Notes under the pieces: generated by a model
The model's database searches: none
Told to the model about the DNA's origin: nothing
The model's input: only the letters and a program-made list of their open reading frames with translations
Shown: positions 53,881 through 64,000 of the stretch, piece by piece
How positions within the stretch are numbered: position 1 is the first letter of the stretch
How the letters are laid out: the number at the start of each line of letters is the position of its first letter
Translations under genes and position numbers: made by a program
NCBI RefSeq assembly: GCF_036971445.1
Contig: NC_091477.1
Location: 35,898,001 to 35,962,000, forward strand
Length of the DNA stretch: 64,000 nt
Direction: 5' to 3'
DNA from: Narcine bancroftii
Lineage: Eukaryota

Positions 53881-54974
53881 CATTGGACAATTTCTAGTTT
53901 TGAACCAATGTTAATTAAAGCATTCATCTTCACAATCAAGAATAAGCTGAAGTAGACCTCAGACAATGAAAATGACCCCAGGGTCTCTGGAGCAAGCAGT
54001 GGAAGAAAAACTTAGCAATAATCACTACTTTGGCTTGATTTCCAATGACTCATATTGGAAAGTTCACTTGTATATGTAGAGAAAGGAACAGAACTGGGTT
54101 AAGATCAGTTTTTCTCCACAGCTGAACAGTTACCAGCATTCAGAGATTCTGCTAACAGATTACAAGCAGTTACTTGGCAAAGTATTTGAAACAAACCAGG
54201 GCTCATGGAGCTATATTAAAGAGCCAGCAAAAGAGGATCAACAAATCAGAATAAAACTGGCAAAGACAAAGAAAGGCAAGTTAAACCTAGAATACATGAT
54301 ATTATAACAGCAATCACCCCAATTGGCAGAGCCACACATTACTTTAGAAATGTTTTATTCCATCTTTTTTTAAAAAAACATAGTGCACATTTAGAATTTT
54401 AATTAAATAACCAGCAAGAGTGAACGGGCCTCTGTGTCAGAGCTAATAGCACTTATTTGCACTGACAGTACTTTGGAATGAGACAACTGGTACCACTTTG
54501 ACATATTTTAGGCAAGAGAATGTGACTGCAAACTTCTCCTGGAAAGTCAGAGAACTACGCAGTAGAGAAACATGCCAACTAGTCCAGGCTAACCACGTTG
54601 CCTATCTGATCTAATGCCATTTATACAACTACTCATTTGAAATTCAAGAGAATACACAAGGTTGCACACAATGTATCATGCCTTATCTACAACAATAAAC
54701 TTTTTCTTATGGTGTGAAACTGAACAGATGGACATCAACATGGCCATAATGTACAAAGTGACAGATTTTTAAAAGTTTATTTGTGCACTTTGATCAGAAT
54801 GGCTTTAACACCAGCTCGGGCAAGTTTATAGACTCATACAGCATAGAAATAGACATTCTAGCTCAAGATGCCTACCTAAGATAATCCCATTTCCCTGTAT
54901 TAAGTTCACATCCCACTACACCTTCCCTTTCCATCTACTTGTCCGTCTTTTGAACATTGCAATTATATAAATTA

Positions 54975-55135
54975 CGCAAACAAAGCAGCAACTGTCCTCA
55001 AAGACCTCCACCACCCAGGCCACACCCTCTTTACTCTGCCACCATCAGGAAAAAGGTACAGGAGCCTAAAGATGAGCACTCAACGGTACAATGACAGCTT
55101 CTTCCTTGCTGCCATCAGATTATGAATAATCAATA
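54975..55135 (+). mobile_element. Rex1/Babar LINE 3' fragment
   Basis: LKDLHHPGHTLFTLPPSGKRYRSLK; similar to 36470-36620. Confidence 0.75.
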
Positions 55136-58100
55136 GCCCCTTTTACACTTCTGTCCCAGTAAATTGGCCGTTCAGAGTCCCAGTTAGGAATGGCATTTTT
55201 GCTGCTCACACTTGGCCACTCTTAACCAGGACACTCCACACTTTCACACTTACAAGGAGCCATTCTCGGGGATAGGACTGTTCTACTGTCAAACACTGTA
55301 TATATTTAAGAAGGAAAATGTATGTATCTTGATCTATATGGTTTATAGTGTGAAAAATAAAAAATTAAAAAAATAAAAATAAAAAACTAATCTTCTTCAG
55401 AGAAGGAAGTTTCATTTGGGTGACCATGAAGATGTGCAAAATTTGTTCCAAAGATGGTTAGGGACAAACGCAATAATAAAAGATTACTGCTGACACAAAA
55501 TGTCATTACAAGAAGTTCTTTCAATGCTAATCTGGTCAAAAAGCGGTCAAAACAAGTCTGACACCTGATCATTAAGATAGCCAACACCTAACCCAAAATC
55601 AAAACTGAAAATGCTGGAAATCTGAGATTAATAACAGTGAATGTTGGAAATACAGACAACATTGTGTGGGTGGACAAATATATTTATTACTTCAGATCAA
55701 TTAGATTGTCACCTCATTAATCCGAGGGAGATTTGGTAGCTTTTTAAATGGGGTGCTTGTGGCAAAGGGATAAAGAGCTCTGGAGTAGCAAGAGAGAAGG
55801 AAAGATAGCAAGGAAAGTGATTCTGATCTGGCACTCATTGTCTATAAAGGGCTGGAAAAAAATTGTTCATCACAGAGTTCAAAACAGAATTGGATAAGAA
55901 CTCGCTGATAAAGAATTCACAGGGTTATTGGAAAAAGAGCAAGGAAATGGGACTGACTGGATGCTCTCCAAATAACATGGATGGACTTCTGAGATAAATT
56001 GTGATTTTGTCCTATGGTTCCATGATAAGCTACTGATTAAAATCATGGTATGTTTTATTCTACACTGTGATGTTCAAGATTCATTTATTGTCATATAATA
56101 ACACAGAACATTCAATTACATGATAATACATGAAATTGCCTTCTGCCTGCCATAAGACAAAGAATCGGTATGTCTTGCCCGGCACACCTTGCAGTACAAG
56201 AGAAAGAGAAGAAAAAGGTTTATCAACATGATCAATTTTGCAATTTCATCACAATTAAATAGTAATTAAAAAACCAAATGAACCCTTTTCACAAATCCTA
56301 AACTGAGTAATTTTTCCGCACATTGTATTGTTGATCCTCCAATTTGAAGTTTTGATCCTGCAATTTGAAGAGAGCTTTTCTTTGGCCTCTGATGTGGCAA
56401 AGATCAATGGCTCACTGACATCCTGATTCATGAAGAAATATTGACGTGTGAAAATACAACATTGGTGCAGAGTGCTTGAAAAGGAAAGTGTTCATTTACG
56501 TCTTCAATCTGATTAATACAAATTTGGTTTTAACGCTTATTCTTGGGGGATCTAGTTTTACAAAATACCAACCCTAAAAAAAAGTTTGAAGGACTACTGG
56601 TACATTAAATACAATTATAATAATAGCTGTATTTCAGTAAAGTATATGGGTCTCCAACAAAAATCATGGTGCAATTCCCATTGCTCAGTGCTACTCATCC
56701 AACAAACAAAACAAATTGAAGGCCACACGCGTTCTGATGGTTCCAAAGACAGCTCTAAAGTTAATGTCCAGTGCGATTGTGACATTACAGAAACCAAGCA
56801 TAGCAATTACATGAAATACATATGTACTAAGGTCAATTTTGTTTCAGTCTCGCCTATCAATTCAATGCAAATTCTTGTCAGAAGTCCAAAAAACTAAATA
56901 ACTGCAGCTGTAGATATTTAGACACTCGAACAGTTGAGCTATACAATTATCTGTAAAAATCTGATTCACATCCTACATCCTTTGGTGTGGCCCAAATCTT
57001 GCAAATGATTATGAAGCTAAAGGGCTTCACCCTGGAGGTTCTGCGAGACACTTCATTTGAACCACGCATCCTGTTGCCATGCAATCTGAGGTTGAGATGT
57101 AGACGTGCCATGTCATAGAGCCAAGACCACACAAGGTAACTTTCCATTCAAAGTAAAATCCTGAAGGATTTCCTTTTCTACAGCCACAGAGCACATTTTT
57201 CAATTTTGTCAATTTGCCCTGATACTACTCAGCATTCTAGTCGATGGAGGCCTTCCTCTGAGAAAGCAGGGAAGTCAGAAGCTTTCTGCCACTTTTTTTT
57301 TAATATTCAAAATACACATAATATATTGAATTTGCAAATTTTAGAGGTTTTACTTCTCTGTAGTCCAAGAAAATCTGAAGTTATCAGATTGCCATTGCAG
57401 AGCTGAAGAAATTTTAAGATCAACACATCTCCCAGGGGTTATCATTTCTAACCATGGATCAGAATAGATTAAAAACAAATTTGTATTAATCAGATTGAAG
57501 ATGTAAATGAACACTTTCCTTTTCAAGCACTCTGCACCCATGTTGTATTTTCACACGTCAATAATAAATACAATAATATTCATGTAAAACAGATCCAAAA
57601 GAAAAGCTGTCTATTTCTATAAAGACCCTGCACAGTCCACAGAACAAATCCAAAGCTTCTCCTCACCATTCCTCACAAAAAGAGCATATCCTGCTTTCAA
57701 TATCCTCTCCACCAACTCTTATGCTCACCGTACACTTTCCCACCCCCTTTTAAATGTCCTTATCCCCATCATTTTATATGTTTTTATATGGTAATGTAAA
57801 CAAGTCAACTCCACTGGCACAGTAACCACTGCAAATTTTATCATTTCCAAGTTGTTGCATTCTAGGAAACTTTGGAATGACACCTTTTCTTAAAAATAAA
57901 ACTGCAAACAGTTGCTGCAGTGGTGCGACTTCTGTAGATTTGCCACACTGGTGCACAAGGGATCCATCAAACACCCATTCACAACCTGTATAATTCAAGT
58001 CAGATACTTCCGACACCACCACTTTGTTCCTTTTCTAGCCACGTCCTACTTCTGAGCAATTTATTTCCAGTCCTGTTATGACCCATTTGGCTCTGCTTCT

Positions 58101-58511
58101 TTTAGATTTGGTCATATTCTCCAAATCCCAGGCACAGAGCATGATCCACAAACAGAAAATGACTCTGTGGCCTTTGCCAAAACTTTGCAATGATATTGCT
58201 GGGAATTTCTATTAAATCACTGTAACTAATTTAAATTCAGATTTCACACATCTGAGGAGGTCTCAATAAAAGAAAAGCTGGTCTAAGGTTTTTGATGGGA
58301 GTGTGAGAATCTTGTCCATTTTCCAGATGCCTGCCATTTCAAGATGCTGGGATGGCTCAACTCTAATTCAAGCATTTTTATCCTGTCTCAAGTAGTTAAA
58401 CATATGGACCAATATTCATTTACAGTGCAAGAAACTCTGAAGGAAAGATGGTAAAAAGTAGATGAGATGCGCATTACTACAACAAGAATCCAAAAATCAA
58501 TGTCCAACCTC

Positions 58512-59002
58512 CAAAAATGCTGGAAAAACTCAGCAGGTCATACAGCGTCTGTTTTGGGCCGTAGAGGGAAGAAGGGGCAGGGGAAGACTACAGACCAACA
58601 GGAAAGAGGTCAGAGATGGATCTATGATTTTCCCCACAAGGATTTCATTTCCAGTCTTCTCAGTTTGGCCCACACAAGGATCTAACACACAGTTTCCAAC
58701 TCCGTTTCCAGGCCTCCCAGTTTGAACTCCACAAGGATCTCATCTTCTGCCTGCCCACCCATATGCACCTATGACCTCTTGCCTTTTGGCCTTTGCTCCT
58801 CCCCTGCCCTATCTTCACTCCTCTCCTCTTTTCCTCCCACCTTTTTGTTCAGACACCTGCCTGCTTTTAGCTCATACCTTGACAAAGGGCTGAGGCCCGA
58901 AACATTGATTGCATCCCTTTGGTTCCTATGGACGCTGCATGACCTGCTGAGTTTCTCCAGCTCTTTGTGTACTACAATCACACCATCTGCAGATGTTCCT
59001 GT
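58512..59002. mobile_element. Palindromic Penelope-derived element
   Basis: aatgctggaaaaactcagcaggtcat ... atgacctgctgagtttctccagc inverted ends; ccttgacaaagggctgaggcccgaaac core. The flanking tcaatgtccaacc occurs on both sides (~58497 and ~59009), a possible TSD. Confidence 0.75.
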
Positions 59003-60344
59003 TGAACATCAATGTCCAACCAATGGTTTTACAGCATAGGGAACTTCTTTTCAAATCTCTTACACCACCTCACCCATCAAATAAATCTAAAAGCATAATC
59101 ATAAATATCTTTCCTTTAAACAAATTTATCATCCCAGATGGGAAATTAGGAAAATGTCAACTGAATGAACTGGAAGTCTCTGATCAATCCAAAAATGCCA
59201 GTAAGAGTACTACAATTGGCTTCTGCAAAGAAAACAGTTTGGAAAGTAAACAATTAACAATGATATTCTTAATTTCTGCACCCCCTCCAACAAAACACAT
59301 ACCATACATTACAAACCTCAGAAAATGTTATGATTTCTAATGGTTCCATGATTTTTTTTTTAATTGTTGGCAAATATTGATGAATTCTGTTGGAAATGAC
59401 ATTGAATGAGAGTATAATTGGTCTGAGTTAGGAATGTTTCTGTATTTGAACAGCTTGCTGACACATCACCATTACAAGATGTTAAACATAATACAAGAGT
59501 GCACTTGGCATCTGTAGAGACATAGGACAACAAGCAGCACACTCCTCCAAGTCCAGTTCAGCACCTTAATATTTAAATATCCCTATGCAAGTAGTATGAT
59601 ACGATCATCTGGGAAGGATTCCACAGGCAGAAGGACTATGTACAGCTTGTCGCTGGAATTCTGTGTGGACTTTTCAGATTAATGCAGAAACCTTGTGTGC
59701 AGCTGTTGGCAAAATCAACTTGAGTGTCACCAAAATAAATCTGGAACTCGTTCAGAAGAGAAACAGGGGATAAAAGAAGAAGAGGGAAAAAAAAGCAAGA
59801 AGAACGCTGTTTTTATAAGATCTAATTTATCAGGGATTTACTGGGTGTTACCCTGGAAAGAAAATTGGAATATTTTACTGCAAAAGCTTTTCTGGCCACA
59901 TACGAAGGTTAACTCAGTTAATAAAAACCAACTGTGCCCCAAGTTCCCTACTCTGCAGCTGAATTAACATTTAAGGTGAATATTAATGCAAATAAGTAAA
60001 TGCTCTGGTAACTACCACAAGTGGAAGAGGACTAACATTCCTAAAGGGATATTCCAATGAGGCCATTGGATCACATTTGGTTACTGTACAATGAAATCTC
60101 TAGAACAAGAGTTTAATTACTGTTATATAATAGTTAAATTGTAAAATATTTACAAGCTTTGCTCTCTCTCAATCACTTTCGTGCTTGCAAGGAAAGGCTT
60201 ACCTCAAACAGCACTGGGACCAATATAAGCCTCAGCCAGCTGCAGGATCACTAAGATGATGAGCTTTCTCCAAAGCAAAACCAACAATTAAAACCAGATG
60301 TAATAAATTTATTTTAGAGATTACCAAGAGAAAGAAAAGGAAAA

Positions 60345-60600
60345 AAAAACTTGCATTTATATTGCACTATTAAATGTCAAGAAATCTTAAAATGTTTAGA
60401 GTCAACAAAGCACTTTTTGAAACATGGTCTCTTGTTGTGGAGGCCTTGTGGCAGTCAATTTAGATAAACTAAGCCCTTACAAACAGGACTACAATAATAA
60501 ATTGATAATCTGTTTTTAAATATGTATTATTATTGACTAGGATATCAGGAAAGACCCTCATTTGCATTTCACTTTAGAAATACAGTAACTTCCTTGCCTA
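60345..60600 (-). mobile_element. Ancient Deu-SINE (AmnSINE/SacSINE-like), decayed
   Basis: aacttgcatttatat...ttttgaa...ggcagtcaattt...caaacag...gataatctgttttt resembles the reversed Deu domain and L2-type tail. Confidence 0.55.
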
Positions 60601-60801
60601 ATCAAATATCTGTAGTATCAGAGAAATTTCTATCAATCATAAGACCAGCCATCCGGTATGCCTGCACTCCAACTCTCTTTAAAAGAGCATGATGCAACTA
60701 ATACACTACTGCACTGGGCTCTGAAGGTCTCCGTCTTCATGAGTCCAACCCATGCAATTTTTGTATTGAAACAGGACCAAAGGTTAATAATACACAAGAT
60801 A

Positions 60802-61008
60802 CAGGTACACCACACTTTATGAATACGCGCTTTACGCAAATTTGCTTTTACGAAGAAACCTGCGTTTGCTATCCGAAAGAAATTTGAATGGGTTTTTGCT
60901 TTTATGAAAAGAATCTTCAATAGTAGTGAACAGGTCTTCGCTTTACGTCAGTTTGGCTTATGAAGATTTCATAGGAACGCTGTACTTTCGTAAAGCAGGG
61001 TATACCTA
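60802..61008. mobile_element. Tigger-type MITE
   Basis: TA-flanked imperfect TIRs caggtacaccacactttatgaa / ttcgtaaagcagggtataccta, with internal gctttacg repeats. Confidence 0.75.
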
Positions 61009-61343
61009 TATCAGAAATAGGGACTACCTGAGAGGAAAGAAAAATAATTAAAAATCAATGAGAAAAATGTTTAACACTCTTCTTGGTCAGCTCATCGGGA
61101 GGGCAGGTGGCTGGCAATAGTAATTAATTGCACTTGTTAAAGATCCATTGACAATATAACTTTAAAGAAATATTTTCATTCCTGAGCTGATGAATTCCCA
61201 AGGAAACGATTAAAAAAAAAGTCGCATTCATCATCATTCAATGAGAATGGGGAAGGAGTGCCTCATCTGCATAGTATTATCCAAACAAGGTCTCATCAGC
61301 AATCTTATCTCAAAACTTTGCCATATGTGAGTATTTGTTAATA

Positions 61344-61570
61344 CAGTAAAATCCAATTGTCTGGAATTCAAGCAAACTGCAACATCAAGCAATCAGCAAA
61401 AAAAAAAAATCACAGAAAATAATTAGGTAAAAAAATACGGAAGCTTAAAATTGGCATCCCCTGGCGGTCAGTTCGCCCATCCACACAATATGCAATCTCA
61501 AGCAACCGGCAAATTTTTAAAATTCCAGCATCTACCAATTCCCATTGGTGCTGCAGATTAAACCACATTT
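61344..61570. mobile_element. Tigger-type MITE (uninterrupted relative of 14020-15875)
   Basis: ta|cagtaaaatcc start; tctggaattcaagcaa...cccctggcggtc...gcaatctcaagcaaccggcaaatt...tctaccaat. Confidence 0.7.
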
Positions 61571-62211
61571 CATAAACGTTATTCAAATTCGATGAATCAG
61601 CAGACTTTTTTCTACACTCGAGTTGCCGCTTTCATCTGAGAAACAATGGGGTGGTGGTGTGCTGACACAGCTGAGGGTTTGAATGTTCACCCCAGCAGCT
61701 AAGGCGAAACTCTTAGAGCAGTCCTCACTCCTGCTTGGCAAGAGGTTCTTGCCATACAACAAGGACAAGTATCTCAGTGGTTAATGGAAACTTATGAGAA
61801 GGGTAGAAATGAATCCAATGCAGATTTTGAGCAGCTTAATACGTGAAGCAGAAAGCTTGGCTCAGCAATCCAGTGCTCAAATCTTAAAACTACTCTGTGC
61901 ATGTAACAGGATTCCAAGTGATGACATTGTCTGGGAAAGTTTCCATGGGCAGAATTGGCTACTCCTTGTGGGCTTTTTGAATTAATACAGCATATGGCAG
62001 CACAGCTGTGGTGGCTCTTGTGATAAATTGGGAAATTTGCCTCAAACACCAGCAATTTTCATGGTTTATTCTGGTCATAGTCAAAGATTTCTTGATTGAG
62101 AAATAAGGCTTCCAATACTTCAGCTGGAGCTGTGACTAAGATAACGAAGATCCCAAGATTGAGTCCAGCTGCCATCTCACTTCCACTCATAACTCAAGGA
62201 CAATCTGTAAA

Positions 62212-62503
62212 TGTGGTGCGCTGTTAAACAGAACCAGGAACACTCAAGGTAAAGACTGTACAACAGCCTTTAATCCACAAAGACTTCCACAGAGCCAGGC
62301 TGACTGTTGCTGCAGTAACTCTGAGTGGGACTTCGGAAGCCGGCGCAGGCTTATATCCCAGAGGGAGATTGACACCCGACCGGGTGGGGCTTGATCCATT
62401 CAGGTTGACTAATTGACAGCCGGCCAGGTGTTATCCTGTCCCCCTTCCACTCCTGCAGGTACAGAGGTTGACCCCTGCAGTAGGGCGGTGGTGTACCACC
62501 ACA
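62212..62503 (-). mobile_element. Solo LTR, 292 bp
   Basis: TG...CA ends with inverted TGTGGTG/CACCACA; 5-bp TSD GTAAA (62207-62211, 62504-62508); minus-strand ATATAA (62351-62356) and ATTAAA (62269-62274). Confidence 0.85.
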
Positions 62504-62819
62504 GTAAATTTCCCAACAATGCCTTTTACACATACAAGTGAGACAAGCACAGGAAATCCATTGTATCAGGGACACCACCAAAAACATTTCTGAAGTACTT
62601 CTCCCTTCTACCACTTACAAATTCACAGCTTCTTATTCATCCTAAATTGACTGGCCACATCTTTCCCCATGGCCCACTGTTTTGTCCAACTTTCCAGTCT
62701 TTTGCAGTTTTGCTTGTTCAAGTGTTCTTCCTCTTTCTTTCTGAATAATATTGCTTGCATTTATCTCCACCAAGCAACTTGTGATCATTAATTTAGATTA
62801 CATTTCCTCAGTCCCTTCC

Positions 62820-63270
62820 AAGCTAACCTTTCAACCTCCATAAAGTCCGAACAGTCTACACTCTACTATCTTCAACATCCTCCATACAAACTTGGCTATC
62901 CTTGCTCAGATGCAATTAAAATCCCCAGCTTCATCAAGAAATCCATTCACAGCCAAGCCACACCACACCTTATCTGTGGAGCCTCACCCAGCTTTTCCTT
63001 CCACCTCTGTATCCCAAACTCTGGCCTTGAGCAGATCCTTTTCTTCACTCAGTATTGGTGTCTTCAACCATTTTTGCGCTGCTATTTGGAACTTCCTCCC
63101 AATCCATCAAAGCCTTTTCTAAATATTTGAGTCCAATCAAACTTTTGGCCAATTCTCCTAACATTCCCACAAAGACTTGGCAGGAACTAATTTTCTCATC
63201 TGAAGCATCTTGAGGCACTTTTCTGTGCAAAAAGGCATGACATAAATGCTAACTGTTGTGTAGCGTCTAC
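62820..63270 (+). mobile_element. Ancient L2/CR1-group LINE 3' remnant
   Basis: tggaacttcctccc (WN.LP) and a tgaagcatcttgagg...ataaatgc...tgttgt tail; highly decayed. Confidence 0.45.
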
Positions 63271-64000
63271 AATTGATCTTAACAACTATACTTTGGTTTC
63301 CTTATACGCATTACAAAATGTTCTTTATTTGAAGGTATCACAAGAGTCAAAAAATGTGACTGCCTTAAAAAGAGAAGACAGATGCCAGCACAATGCCAAT
63401 GCAGGTTTAAGGATTTAGACCACCTACATTTGTTCAAGACCATGCATAAGCTTGGATTGTTCAAAGGTTTCATCACATTTGGAAACCAAATAAAATGACA
63501 GGAAAAGATTAAAGTAGATACGCAAGAATAAAAGAAAAAACGTAGGACACCTTTTCACTGAGTTTCACTGGCATACAAATGAATGAAATATCAATCACCA
63601 AAGGTGGAAACAACAAACAGCAAAATCCTCGCAATATCACCATAACCCGGTCCATTTTATAGCAAGATTCCAAAGTAAGTCAACCATCAATCAATGCCTG
63701 TGAAGCACAGAAACAAGACCTTGGGACAACAGCATCAGAGCATGAGGGCGAACCATTCCAAAAAAAAATTATGCATGTTTTCAACCCAAACAAAGGGAAG
63801 CAAATGAGCAGCCAACCAACTGGAATATAACGGAAGACACCAGCCAGCTCTGCAATACTGTTGCTGAGCAACATAATGTTTTGGTTTGAAATCACTGTCA
63901 CATTTTGTGATCCATAACATGTGCCTGAAACCACTCAATACAATCATCAAACTCTCTCAATTTGGGGTGACTGTTTACACTTCCAGTAATTTTATTGCCG

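Overview
Vertebrate nuclear DNA, almost certainly a cartilaginous fish (shark or ray), judged from its repeat landscape: CR1, Rex1/Babar, RTE, Penelope, V-SINE and Deu-SINE-like elements. The whole window appears to lie inside one minus-strand gene of the SH3PXD2 (Tks4/Tks5) adaptor family. Two PX-domain exons are present: 48819-48895 (77 nt, (G)[25 protein letters not shown]) and 5437-5528 (92 nt, [30 protein letters not shown](E)). They are separated by a 43.3 kb phase-0 intron. SH3PXD2B is slightly favoured over SH3PXD2A. The rest is intronic and dense in mostly decayed transposable elements, with a 158-nt N gap. Almost all listed ORFs are TE fragments or noise. The main observations are: (1) many Penelope-derived palindromic elements carrying a minimal hammerhead-ribozyme-like motif with a shared non-canonical TTGANGA core; (2) a TSD-flanked hAT element carrying a CpG-rich cassette with splice sites, in sense with the host gene; (3) a composite two-MITE transposon found twice; (4) a sense-oriented solo LTR; (5) several nested or inverted retrotransposon insertions. 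No prokaryotic systems, CRISPR arrays, rRNA or tRNA genes were seen. All family assignments come from motif recognition, not database searches, and the boundaries of decayed repeats are approximate.
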